Shown: positions 24,076 to 36,325 of the stretch, one piece after another
Layout of the letters: each line of letters starts with the position of its first letter
Numbering within the stretch: position 1 is the stretch's first letter
Assembly (NCBI GenBank): GCA_030141605.1
Contig: JAQGDQ010001445.1
Location: 1 to 40,646, forward strand
Direction: 5' to 3'
Source of the DNA: Tubiluchus corallicola
Taxonomy: Eukaryota; Animalia; Priapulida
Length of the DNA: 40,646 bases
The notes under the pieces: generated by a model
What the model saw: the letters and a program-made list of their open reading frames with translations, nothing else
Databases searched by the model: none
Told to the model about the DNA's origin: nothing
Position numbers and translations under genes: made by a program

Positions 24076-25010
24076 TTAAGAATGATCAAGTCAAGTCTCT
24101 CTATGTTACTTCGAGTACGGAATTATAAATTTTAGTCTTCCTATAGACAACATGGAAAAAACATAGTATATATCCCCAGTATCAACATTATTGGTTTATT
24201 ATGTTGACTGTTATGGGGTACAAATTGATAAAAAGAGCAGCTTATGGACGATTTACCCTGAAGATCATAGTTGTCGGCTTCTTTTGAAACGTTAATAAAA
24301 CTTTCCTTTGCCGAAACGTCTTTCCAAGGAACCCTTGGCGTTAATCTTTTTTATTTTTCCTAGATGATGGCTTATTTACTGGAAAAGTTTTGCATCCGAT
24401 GTTTGCTAACTTCATCCGTGCGCTTAGGTAGCTCATGTTGCTCGAATTATTCTGTTATTTTAGCGTTATTTCCGGTAGCCTTTGCAACTGTAGTTTCGCA
24501 TAGTTTCTCATACTGAGCTGCAACTTTTCCGACAAGCACGCGTTGATCACGTGGTAAATGCGTGACGTTTTTTAGTTTATTATTATCACATTCAGTACAA
24601 TATAATGACGCTATGCACACAGTGACATCAAAATTATTACATCATACTGTATTAAATTGTTATGTTTCATACACCATCGTTATCATAAGAGAATAATTGT
24701 ACTGCAGTGGGCTAGAGAAGTAAAGGCTTGTATAAGCCCATTGTCACGTGAACCCGATAAAAAAAGAATGGATGAGCGAACAAAAAAAGGAACTGGGAGA
24801 AAGGTTAGATCACACAGGAAGGGTAGAAGGATGTGTTAGTGGAAATGGTAGGAAGAAAGATAATGATTGCGCTATGTTGACATCAGCTCTAAAGATTTGT
24901 CAATGATGCCTTGTTTTACATAATCTGTACCAGGATTGTGGTACGTCATCGTGGACTATACCTGTGTTTCGATGGTTGTTCCTTACAGAAAATAACTGAT
25001 TGAGATATTT

Positions 25011-25885
25011 TTAACTTATCTGAGATGCCTGGAAATACTTACAAGTGAACATGTAAAAAAACCGGTTCATTGTTTCTTCAGAAACACGTCATGATCAATT
25101 AGCCCCTCTGCTGTTTCAGGGGTCAAAGATTCGAACCTCGCCCGAGCCTTATAAATTGTTTCTGTTACCCTCTTTAAAGGAGGGCCGGACGATTGTTTAG
25201 ACTCAATCTCATTTTAATTTACAGTCTAAAATATACATTTTCTTGCCTAAAAAAAATTAATAATTGTTCCTTATATTTGAATAATTAGCTTAGAAAGTTA
25301 ATTAATGGCAACCGAACACAGCTATTGCTTATGTCAGAAACTAACCACAATTTGTGCAATGGCAGGCGTCTTCCCTTGCGCATCACGTACATTCGCGTAA
25401 GTGTTACTGCTTAAATGCATGATGTCACGAAAAATGGCTTTACGTCATATAACGTCAGAAACTAACACTGCAGTTCATGATCATGGTTATCACGGTACCA
25501 CCTTCTATTTGTCGGCCACGCGAATGTGACAAAAAGGCGCCGCTGCCAATCTTAGTAGATTCACTGAGCCGCGCGTAACTTTCAAAGTTTAACAAAATTT
25601 GAGTATCCGAGGTAATTATTATTTAATCTAAACTTTGATTTAAAATAAGCTGTTGTAGTTTTCAATATTTTAGAACATTCTCTATTCTGAACTCGTGTTT
25701 ACAGAGTCATCCGGTGTTCCATTAACTTATCTAAGATGCTTGGAAACAAGTCAACATGTAAAAAACCCGGTTTATCATTATTTTGTGAGAAAGACGTAGT
25801 GATCAATTAGCCCCTCTGCTTATTCAGGAGTCATAGATTCGAACCTCGCCTGAGCCTTATCAAATTTTTCTCTCGCCCTTTTTAA
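25011..25885. repeat. Diverged ~165-bp direct repeats (25011-25177 and 25722-25885) flanking family A copy 3
   Basis: Both start ttaacttatct.agatgc, contain tgatcaattagcccctctgct and agattcgaacctcgcc.gagccttat, and end in TTAA. Confidence 0.88.
25178..25721 (+). mobile_element. Kolobok-like MITE, family A copy 3
   Basis: TTAA|AGGAGGGCCGGACGA ... TCATCCGGTGTTCCA|TTAA. Confidence 0.85.
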
Positions 25886-26034
25886 GCTCCATTAGCCAAA
25901 GTGACACTCTGGCTATCAAATATCCGTTCCAGTACTGCGTCAAGTAATGCAAAAAGCATTCGTGGAGGCATTGAATAGAGGTGCCTTTCTTTTACGATTG
26001 TTCTTTGCAATCTAGAGAAAACTTGCATATAACA

Positions 26035-26107
26035 AGTGGGTATAGTCTAGTGCCAACGCGTCCGCTTTCCGACTGGAAGGCCGTGAGTTCGATACTGCGC
26101 TCGGGTC
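26035..26107 (+). mobile_element. tRNA-derived SINE head / degenerate tRNA-like sequence
   Basis: A-box-like TAGTCTAGTGC and B-box-like GAGTTCGATAC at tRNA-like spacing; imperfect stems, so not called as a functional tRNA. Confidence 0.55.
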
Positions 26108-27163
26108 AATGTAAAGTAATCACTGCAAATTACATTCCCGTTAGCCCAGTGAAGAATGATGCTAAAATATGTAAAAAACAAAAGTGCATTCATGATGGTG
26201 CAAAGACAATTTCTGGTGTAATTTGTTATTAACATCTTATAATAAAGTCCCTTGCCTAGAATTCCTTCTACTGAATTAGATATCTGAATTAGCTTAGCAG
26301 AACGAATTTCTACCAAAAAAACGCAAAGTAATAGCTATGTTCGACAACTTCCAGACATCTGAAAGAAACGACGCACCGTCTCCTACCAGCATTTAATGTG
26401 TTTTCATCGACCCTGTTGACAAACTTGCCGTGTCTGTTTGTAAATGCTTAATAGATGTTTTGGGACACCCCGTAAAAGCTGACTAAAACACTTGGCCCTG
26501 AGTATGTTTGCATTACAATAAACCCGTCTGAAAATAGCCCAACTGTTCGTAGCATGGCACGTTGGTGTTAATACGGATACAGATCTGGCTGACCGTATGC
26601 AGGTCAGGGGAGTTTAATCACTGTGCAAAATGGCCGCCTTTTTGTCAAATAAACATTACTGACACCTGGTGACAATTGCGTTAATTAATCCAACGATATG
26701 AATACGTTTACGATGTATTTTGGTTCCTGGGTGGTGAACCTCTGTGTTTCCAAGGCTCCTAAAACTAGACGGGCTTCCGGAACATACAGTAGTAGTTAGA
26801 TACAGAACAGCTGTTCGGCGAAGCCACATCGAAAGCAGCTCGCGTGGGGTGAAAATTGTTTATCCCCAGCAGTCACGTGACCGGAATGAAATGCCATCCC
26901 ACAATGCAAAGCGCGGGGGCGTTTTGCCGTAGGTTCGGTGAATTTCGATAAATTATCACGGCGGATGGTCACATTAAACGGAATGCATAGAAATTGTGAA
27001 TGTTTAATCGACTTTGCCGTGGTACGTTTTCAATGAATAAAAAATAATGAATTAAGAAAAATACTCAATTAATAATTTTTCCTATTCAAAATGCTAGATC
27101 CCATTTTCCTTTTGATGTAAACAGTATGAGGATGAAGAAACTATTTATTCTAATTTAGGCCTA

Positions 27164-27605
27164 TTGTGTCAACAAACTAGGGTTGTTATGTTTGATAAAT
27201 TAAATGAAATACTTCTGCCTGAAAACCTTAATATAGCTGCCTCAGGAACTAATGATCAGTTGAAGTTGTTATTGTTCGGAAAAGATGAATTTAATTATGT
27301 TGCTAACTGTAAAAAATTCCAATGCATACATGACTTTATATTACGTACTACACGCTTCCAGTAGTTTCTATCTGATATGAAATGCATCAGTCTTAAATAT
27401 TCGTATATAAATAATTTCTAACCGTCATTTTCTACTAATGTCTAATGTAATCTTGTAGTAAAACTTGTCAGCTTGTGTAGTTATAGTCTATTCTTACTGT
27501 AAATGTTTTTATAAATAGTGTATAAAGTCTGTTGTGGTGAGGATCCTAAATCATGTTGTTCAAACTGTCTGATCCAATCCTATAATAAATTATGTTTAAA
27601 TTAAA
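27164..27605 (+). mobile_element. 5'-truncated non-LTR retrotransposon (CR1/L2-group-like ORF2 C-terminus plus 3' UTR) with a perfect 14-bp TSD
   Basis: TSD ctaatttaggccta at 27150-27163 and 27606-27619. Peptide ...LLLFG...N...FQCIHDFILRTTRF* resembles invertebrate CR1-type ORF2 ends. AATAAA near the 3' end. Confidence 0.85.
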
Positions 27606-28463
27606 CTAATTTAGGCCTACCTCATCGAATGTTTTTGATGTTGAAAGTTTGCATTGTTTTTGTCGCGCATGCGCACAATGATACCCAGCATGTTGTCGGA
27701 GAACATCCTTTTCCATAACATGCATGGCAATTCTCCTTCGTGTGCAGTAAGTTCATCCGGTATCATTGTTTTTATTCTTTTTTCGTTTATTTATTTCACG
27801 TCAACACAAATACACAATTAATACATTAAAAGAAGCAAAAAATTATCAATAATTCAATGAATAACAGACAGTAAGATACATAATAGGAAGCAAATTTTGG
27901 GAAAAATGATTTAAACTGTCTTTAGACGTAGGTCAACCTATGGTAAACAAAGATAGTGATATCGCTACTTCCTTTAATACTTGTGTCTAAACAACGTTAT
28001 GTACAGGATCATCACAAATATACTAACTTGACTCTCAAAACACTGTGGGGTTGAAAGATAAACAAGAGAATTATCGCTGATGTATGTTGCTTAGTAAATT
28101 CGTATACAGTTTACTTTGAGCACATAACTAGTTTAGATATACCATAGTTTAGCTTTGCTATATATACAAATGTAAATGTGTTGCGGGCAATCAAAAAGCA
28201 GGGCTTGTTGGATTGTCCCACACTGTTAAAGAAAAAAGTAAAAAAGTAAAAAAAAAGTAATGAAAATAATCTGAAAATTTGAAGTGAATCGTATGACAAA
28301 GAAAGCATTAGTGCTACAGAATGGAATGGTGTAATGAATGAAGCTCATATATGAGATGATATAAAAGATAGATAGATAGTTAAGATAAAATAATAGACAA
28401 AGATAGAGAAAAAGAGAAGAGAAATGAAATAGAAAGGAGTTCAATAGAAGAGGACATCGTGGT

Positions 28464-29275
28464 GTCACCTGAGGACAGGATGAGATCTTCTACCTGCTAG
28501 GTATTTCCTTACATGGTTTCTTTTACTGGTGTTGATTGTCGGGTCCTTTGTTCCCACTATTGTTTCTCTTGACCTCTGGTCTCCTGCCGGCTCAAAGTCT
28601 ACGTCAGCGTTTCCTCAGGTCAATGTCTGACCAGTAAGTGGTTGATTGATCCTGAGAAAATTGTTTCTGGACAATTTCTCCTGTCATATTGTCTCACTAT
28701 TTGCCTCTTTGGAGAAGGGTATATACTACATTCTATAGTTGTTGGTTCATCATCGTCTGTCTTGAGTCTCCTCTTAGAGAATTGCCTAGGTTTCGGTCCT
28801 GCTACAAGCGTCAGACTAAGTAGACCCTGGCACCGAAGGACTGAGGTGTCAGCTGAGGACAGGATGATATCTTCTACCTGCTACATGGTTTCCTTACATG
28901 GCTTCTTTTACTGGTGTTGATTATCGGATCCTTCGTTCCCATTATCGTTTCTCTTGACTTCTGGTCTCCTGTCGGCTCAAAGTCTACATCAGCGTTTCCT
29001 CAGGTCAATGTCACTGTCCTCGCCCCCCCCCCCCCGAGTCTCCAACAGCTGGTGGCAACAGAACTACATTCACTGGTTGCATCAGCTTCTACACTGCATT
29101 CCGGACGTTTCTCTTGACCTCTGGTCTCCTGTCGGCTCAAAGTACTACGTCAGCGTTTCATCCGGTCAATGTCACTGTCCCCCCTCCCCCGATTCTCCAA
29201 CAGCTGGTGGCAACAGAACTACATTCACTGGTTGCGTCAGCTTCTACACTGCATTCCGGACTTCATCCCGAGTAC
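28464..29275. repeat. Unclassified mosaic repeat with staggered internal duplications
   Basis: ~28464-28627 recurs at ~28845-29011; ~28949-29107 recurs at ~29108-29260; ~28623-28846 recurs inverted at ~32786-32998. Confidence 0.8.
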
Positions 29276-29330
29276 AAACATGAGCTAAAGTTTACAATTC
29301 TCCATACATAAGAATTTGGTTCGTGAAGTG

Positions 29331-29620
29331 GATTAAGATTAGGGTTATGATTAGGATTAGGATTAGGGTTAGGGTTAGGATTAGGGTTAGGGTTAGGTTA
29401 GGGTTAGGGTTAGGGTTAGGGTTAGGGTTAGGGTTAGGGTTAGGGTTAGGATTAGGGTTAGGGTTAGGTTAGGGTTAAGATTAGGATTAGGGTTAGGGTT
29501 AGGGTTAGGATTAGAGTTAAGATTAGGATTAAGATTATGGTTATGATTAGGATTAGGATTAGGGTTAGGATTAGGTTTAGGGTTAGGATTAGGTAAGAAT
29601 ATGGGTTAAGGCTAGGGTTT
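29331..29620 (+). repeat. Interstitial telomere-like (TTAGGG)n tract with TTAGGA/TTAGG variants
   Basis: Pure TTAGGG run ~29398-29450, degenerate on both sides. Confidence 0.92.
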
Positions 29621-29899
29621 TGGCAATAGTATTTAGATTGTGTGGGAATTGTAAACTCCTTCCCAGAATTTCCAGCTCCCGTAGAAAAAACCTGCGTCCA
29701 TGACGGAGAACCAACAGACAAACAGTTGCATCATGTTACGCTGTAAAATTAAACGTTTATATTAAACTAATTGGCAATTGTGTTAAATTTAAAAAAACTG
29801 TGTGCAACGGATGTGAAAAATTGTTTCCCAATAATGTTTCCTAATTAAAACTGAAAAGACAAGTTGAATGAGTCTTAACTGTTAGTGGTATTTAGTGTT

Positions 29900-31170
29900 A
29901 CCGTCATTAGTCACGTGGTGAATACTCTGATCAGTGTTGCCATTGACTGGTGTTTGATTTACTGTCAGTACTCATGTGATGAATACTCTGATCAGTGTTG
30001 CCCTTGAGTGGTGTTTGGTTTACTGTCAGTACTCACGTAATTAACATTCTGAACAGTGTTGCCATTGGCTGGTGTTTGGTTTACTGTCAGTACTCATGTG
30101 ACGAATACTCTGATCAGTGTTGCCATTGAGCGGTGTTTGGTTTACTGTCAGTACTCACGTAATTAACATTCTGAACAGTGTTGCCATTGGCTGGTGTTTG
30201 GTTTACTGTCAGTACTCATGTGACGAATACTCTGATCAGTGTTGCCATTGAGCGGTGTTTGGTTTACTGTCAGTACTCACGTAATTAACATTCTGAACAG
30301 TGTTGCCATTGGCTGGTGTTTGGTTTACTGTCAGTACTCATGTGACGAATACTCTGATCAGTGTTGCCATTGAGCGGTGTTTGGTTTACTGTCAGTACTC
30401 ACGTAATTAACATTCTGAACAGTGTTGCCATTGGCTGGTGTTTGGTTTACTGTCAGTACTCATGTGACGAATACTCTGATCAGTGTTGCCATTGAGCGGT
30501 GTTTGGTTTACTGTCAGTACTCACGTAATTAACATTCTGAACAGTGTTGCCATTGGCTGGTGTTTGGTTTACTGTCAGTACTCATGTGACGAATACTCTG
30601 ATCAGTGTTGCCATTGAGCGGTGTTTGGTTTACTGTCAGTACTCACGTAATTAACATTCTGAACAGTGTTGCCATTGGCTGGTGTTTGGTTTACTGTCAG
30701 TACTCATGTGACGAATACTCTGATCAGTGTTGCCATTGGCTGGTGTTTGGTTTACTGTCAGTACTCATGTGATGAATATTCTGAACAGTGTTGCCCTAGA
30801 GTGGTGTTTGGTTTACAGTCAGTACTCATGTGGTGAATACTCTGAACAGTGTTGCCCTAGAGTGGTGTTTGGTTTACAGTCAGTACTCATGTGGTGAATA
30901 CTCTGAACAGTGTTGCCATTGACTGGTGTTTGGTTTACAGTCAGTACTCATGTGGTGAATACTCTGAGCAGTGTTGCCCTAGAGTGGTGTTTGGTTTACA
31001 GTCAGTACTCATGTGGTGAATACTCTGAGCAGTGTTGCCATTAACTGGTGTTTGGTTTACTGTCAGTACTCATGTGGTGAACATTCTGAACAGTGTTGCC
31101 TTTGAGTGGTGTTTGGTTTACTGTCAGTAATCACGTAATTAACGTTCTGAGCAGTGTTGCCATTGAGCGA
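29900..31170. repeat. 61-bp satellite, ~21 copies, with a 122-bp A/B dimer higher-order repeat in ~30021-30730
   Basis: tactgtcagt at 30021, 30082, 30143; alternating cacgtaattaacattctgaac and catgtgacgaatactctgatc variants. Confidence 0.94.
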
Positions 31171-31269
31171 TGCTGCAGCTAGTCGGATTTATATCAAAAT
31201 AACAAGAACTGTGGTCAATGTGGTCCGTCTTTTGCACCATTGAGAACGCACGGATGTTTAACGATTTTA

Positions 31270-31486
31270 GTATCCAGTATAGCATGCTATGTTCTTTAAT
31301 GCAGTAAGCCAGTATAGCATGCTATGTTCTTTAGTGTAGTAACCACTATAGCATGCTATGTTCTTTAATGTTGTATCTAGTATAGCATACTATGTTCTTT
31401 AATGTAGTATCCAGTATAGCATGCTATGTTCTTTAATGTAGTATCCAATATAGCATGCTATGTTCTTTAATGTAGTATAGCATGCT
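31270..31486. repeat. ~34-35-bp tandem repeat, ~6 copies, with palindromic core atagcatgctat
   Basis: Directly visible. Confidence 0.9.
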
Positions 31487-31689
31487 CTGTGTTTAGCAGA
31501 AATATGTGGGTGCTCTGTACCCCCACACATATAAACAGAAATAGAAGAGTCCACAATACAAGAGTTTTTATTGAAGTTTGATGCGGAACGAGAGAGAGAC
31601 GCCCATGCGTATTGATTGCTTGATCATTGTTGCGCCTACTGCGCATGCTCACTTCCTAGTTAACGTTACATTATAACTATGGTGCATGT

Positions 31690-32230
31690 TATTATCAGCT
31701 TACTCAAAACTCACAAAAGTTCTTGAGAATAGGAAGATTTCTTTGGAAACAAAAATTAGAATATTCTCAGCTTTAGTTGAAACTGTATTTCTGTATAACT
31801 CTGAGCTCTGAACATTAAAAGCAAATCATTAAGCTGAAATCGATGCGTTTCAAAGGCGAAATTACAGAAACATTTTGGGTATTAGATGGCCAAAGAAAAT
31901 TTCAAACCAAGATCTATATGAAAAAATAAAAGAAGAACCTTGGACAAGAAAAATAAAAAGACGCCGTTTAAGATGGATTGGGCATATGCTTAGACTACCT
32001 GATGATGTTCCAGTGAAGATAGCTCTTCAACAAGCCATACAACCAGCTAAAAAACCTGCAGGAGGACAAATGTTAACACATTTAGATTTTGCACAGAAAG
32101 ATTTAAACACTTCAGCATTGATTCTTGGAAATAAATTTACTTGGGGCATTGCGGCGAGCAGGGAGTCCTGGCATAGGGGGGTGAGCAGAATCATGTCCCT
32201 GGACGTGTGATTCATTGGATGATGATGATG
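31690..32230 (+). mobile_element. 5'-truncated, decayed RTE-clade LINE (post-RT C-terminal region) with a (GAT)n tail
   Basis: Frame from 31698: AYSKLTKVLENRKISLETKIRIFSALVETVFLYNSEL*TL...IDAFQRRNYRNILGIRWPKKISNQDLY...RRRLRWIGHMLR, typical RTE motifs. Premature stops at 31809 and 31830. Possible short TSD gtgcatg. Confidence 0.9.
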
Positions 32231-32516
32231 TGCATGGTTGACTGAAAGCTGATGCACAGAATCCAGAATAACTGTACTTTGACTTTAAGCACAAAAAAAA
32301 CTTTAGGTTTTCGGCATTTGCGAGAGAAAAACAAGTCGTCAACGCGCATAAATGATTTCGTGTCTTCGTTACCGATCAGCTGCAGAATTCTCATTCATCA
32401 CAGCCAAATTCTGAAAGCTGATAGCTCGGAAGTCATTACGTATTTTTTAACACTGTGCCAGCTTTCCCACAATTTTCAACCCCAGCAGCAGTCAGCAATG
32501 GCAGCTGTTGCTGTAG

Positions 32517-32998
32517 CAACAACATCTTTTACTGCCAGTTTTACTCAAGTGCATTTTGATGCATGTTGACTTGTCAGCGAAGGTTGATTTTGTTTGTTTG
32601 TAAAGCTTGGTATTCTGCAAACCTGAGTCTCTCGGTGTCAGGGTCTGCTTAGTCTGACGCGTGAAGCAGGACCGAAACCTAGGCAACAACTTCTTTTACT
32701 GCCAGTTTTACTCAAGTGCATTTTGATGCATGTTGACTTGTCAGCGAAGGTTGATTTTTTGTTTGTACAGCTTGGTATTCTGCAAACCTGAGTCTCTCGG
32801 TGTCGGGGTCTGCTTAGTCTGACTCGTGCAGCAGGACCGAACCTTAGTCCATTCTCTAAGAGGAGACTCAAGACACACGATGATAAACCAACCACTATAC
32901 CCTTCTCCAAAGAGGCAAATAGTAAGACAATATGACAGGAGAAATTGTCCAGAAACAGTTTTCTCAGGATCAATCAACCCCACTTACTGGTCAGACAT
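32517..32998. repeat. ~166-bp tandem duplication overlapping the inverted copy of 28623-28846
   Basis: tcttttactgccagttttactcaagtgcattttgatgc at ~32525 and ~32692. Confidence 0.85.
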
Positions 32999-33433
32999 AT
33001 AGTCTCCAATCTGACAGATGTATAATTTTATGACACTGCTGTTACAAAATAATATTCACTAGAATGATGGATATAAAGCAAAGCTCCTTCCACAACTTAA
33101 AATTTGAACTCAGAGCTAAAACATAATTGCTATTCTTATTCAGTTTGCTAACTTGCCTATCAGTGGGCAGATGTGAATTCCTATAGGCAGGCGGGAAAGC
33201 AAAAACCAATGTTGTTATAGTTGACTAATTATTTCGCATAAGTGAAAGAGCTACTTCATTAAATTTTAATTAAAAAATTAAGTTTTCATGTCACATGCAG
33301 CGGTGAATCTGTTTCAAAGTTTTGTTATTAATTAAGCACAGAAATTCTGGATACGTATCTACCTTCTTATCTACCTGTCTGTTTACCTGCCTGCCTTGCC
33401 TACCTAACAACGCACTTACTTGCTTTCTTGCTA

Positions 33434-33655
33434 ACTCACTCACTCACTCACTCACTCACTCACTCACGCACCCACTCGCTCACTCACTCACTCACCCACC
33501 TACTCACTCACTCATTCACTCACTCATTCACTCGCTCACCCACTCACTCACTCACTCACTCACTCACTCACCCAACCACTCACTGACTCATTCACTCACT
33601 CACCCACTCACTCACTCACCCATTCACTCACTCACTCACTCATCCACTTACTCAC
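33434..33655. repeat. (CACT)n microsatellite
   Basis: Directly visible. Confidence 0.95.
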
Positions 33656-34049
33656 GTTCTTACTTTATTACCAACTAATTTTGCTCGCTTCCATGCCTGC
33701 ATGCCTGCCTGCCTGCCTACTCATTTACCTACTTGTTTGCTTGCTTACACAAAGTTGCTGCTGTTATTCCAGTTTTAAGCATCTTTACCTCAAATTGTAA
33801 CAAAGAAGATGAAAAATTCTCCCATCAGTAACAGGTTCAAACTCATCTGATCTCTGCCAAGCCTGTCTATTTTCTGTAGCAACGATTCTTTTTAGGATCC
33901 CGAAACAATTCTGCGTAATTGTTTAAACTTGTTTAACTATTTCTAGCAACCCTTTTATCCTATTACAGTGAAATGGCCTTGACCTCTGTCTTTCCACTAT
34001 TAAAGTTTAATCACAAGGCTTCTGTCTTTCCACTGTTCAAGTTTATAGT

Positions 34050-34642
34050 GCAGCAATTATAGCAGCAACAATGGTAGTTACGACAATGGAAACTACAATA
34101 ATGGTAGCTATAACAATGGTCGTTACAATGGTAGCTACAACAATGGTAGCTATAAGAATGGTAACTACACCAATGCTAGTTAAACAGCGGTAGCTGCAAC
34201 AATAGTAGCCCAGCAATTGTAGCAGAAACAATGGTAGTTACGATAATGGCAACTGCAATAACGGTAACTGTAACAATGATAGTTACACGTTACAACAACG
34301 GCAGCTATAAGAATGGTAGCTACACTAATACTAGACATAACAGTGGCAGCTGCAACAATTCTAGCTGCAGCAGTTGTAGGGGCAACAATGGTAGTTACGA
34401 CAATGGCAACTGCAATAATGGTAGCTAAAAGAATACTAGCTACGGCAATGCTAGACATAACAGCGGTAGCTGCAACAATCATAGCTGCAGCAATTGTAGC
34501 GGCAACAATGGCAGCTGCAACAATGGCAACTGCAACAATGGCAACTGCAATAATGATACCTACAGCAATGTTAGCTATAACAATGGCAGTTGCAGCAATG
34601 GAAGCTACGTCAATGGTAGCTACAACAATGGTGGCTACAAAA
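34050..34642. repeat. Degenerate 15-bp-based repeat (caacaatggtagcta-like)
   Basis: Recurring acaatggtagc/acaatggcaac; low-complexity ORFs on both strands. Confidence 0.8.
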
Positions 34643-35345
34643 ATTCCAGGTTACAAATAAGAGAGTCGTTTGTCTCGCCGATGTGTGACTCGTGCCGTTT
34701 TGCAGGAAAATTGTTTTTTGAAAATGCTTTGCTTAAGCAGTTCAGCTTTGCTCTCGGTAATTCATATTTCAACTAAAAACCTTTAATAATTGTAAGTATT
34801 TAGTTAGTGGGTATAAATCAAGTCTATAAACACTTTGATATAATGGAAATTATCTTACTGCAAGAAATCACAGACGTCTATATGTTTTCACCCAGGAAAG
34901 AATACTGAGTGCCAAGAATACAACAAAAACAGGCTGTTAGTTTGTGACCATGTAGTAGCTTCTTAAGTTTAGTTTGTACATGATTAGAGGCACGATGTTA
35001 GTTTACTAGCTAAACAAATCCACGTCTCTGCTACATTATTAGTGGGCATCTCAAGCTGTGTGTTACGGTCAGTTTTCTATTTTAGACCAAAATCAGGAGC
35101 AAGATTCATTGGTGTTTGTTCTGCATGCGATCTATTGTAAGTAAGAATAACAGAACCCGCATGCACAGAGCTTAAGGAGTTCTTTCTCTCAATCTGGCTT
35201 CATCTGCCGTTCTTTCTCTCAATCTGGCTTCATCTGGCAATCATAGTTTCCAAAAATCGGTGTACGAAGAGGAAAATTTCGACTAAAGAAAAGCTTGTCT
35301 GGAATAAGTTGACACAGGAACTACTACTTCCGGTCGTTCAAACAT

Positions 35346-35404
35346 TAAAAGAAAACCCGACGAAAACCCGACTTAATCTGATTTTAATTTACTGTCTAAA
35401 ATAT
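35346..35404 (+). mobile_element. Short left-end fragment of Kolobok-like family A
   Basis: ttaaaagaaaacccgacga...attttaatttactgtctaaaatat matches the family A start (cf. 25210-25234). Confidence 0.55.
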
Positions 35405-35426
35405 GGATGCAGTAACTTATACTTAA

Positions 35427-36325
35427 AGCAAAACCGGACCCAGTCTTAAACTGTAGGTCAAAGGTCAAAACAATCTACTCTTTAAAATATTGAAAGGAAA
35501 CATACTATTTTTTCAAAAATGACTTACGTGAAAGAATTATTACCACACAAAACACAATTTTACGTTCGCGCCACTAGTTCTTCCATGTTACATACATTTC
35601 GTCATTCGCTAATTAGAAGGGCACCAGCGCCTGCATTTCGGAAATGCATTGCACAAAAAAACAGGTGCTGTACTTCTCATTTATTATGTATTATCTTCTC
35701 ATGTATTAGTTTGTGACGAACTGCACACGTTCGACAGCTCATGCGTGAGCACAGCGGATAATTTGAAATTTGAATTTTTATCTTTAAACTTGATTTGATT
35801 TGATTTAATATTTTATTTCAAATTTTAAAAAGTTCATATACACATTACCAATTAACACAAATAATACAATAAATTATGACACACAACAATAACCCAAATA
35901 ACAATTAACTATATAACAAACTACGCCAATGATATCTAATTACAGAAGTAAAGTTTGCATCACTGTTTAAAATGTTCTTGCATATAAAATTTTCACACTT
36001 ATTCAGCCTGACGTGTAAACTGTATGCACATTTTCTGTGAATCACTCGCCTAGTTTTAGTATAACACACCGAATATCTTAGAGTAACACTGTACGTCAAT
36101 TTTTGCTTTCACAAACACGTGCAACACGCTCGTGGAATATTTTTGCTGTTGAAAATTATGTTAGTTTGTGATGTCATCAATAGTTGGGCTCGCCCACCGC
36201 TAACTAAGTTTTTAATCTATTACTTAATTATCAGAAACGCCTTTGCAGTATTAATGGCGTTAAAATGTATAGTTTTTATCGGACTTGAAAATGGGGTAGG
36301 ATACGAAAAATCATCCTGTCTTCCT
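35427..36325 (-). mobile_element. Kolobok-like MITE, family B copy 2, carrying a LINE insertion
   Basis: TTAA|AGCAAAACCGGACCC ... TCCTGTCTTCCT|TTAA; reverse complement of 14297-14907 plus a ~250-bp insert. Confidence 0.87.
35792..36045 (-). mobile_element. 3' end of a non-LTR retrotransposon (ORF2 C-terminus, AATAAA, (AAATC)n tail)
   Basis: Absent from family B copy 1. Minus-strand peptide VIHRKCAYSLHVRLNKCENFICKNILNSDANFTSVIRYHWRSLLYS* resembles LINE ORF2 termini; clade not assigned. Confidence 0.75.

Noticed and set aside
26035-26107. Functional tRNA gene
   Set aside because: Acceptor and T stems do not pair properly and the A-box lacks the invariant GG; SINE-like instead.
32645-32690. 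Hammerhead ribozyme of a Penelope-like repeat (ctgacg...ccgaaac)
   Set aside because: The CUGANGA core is not intact in any of the copies.
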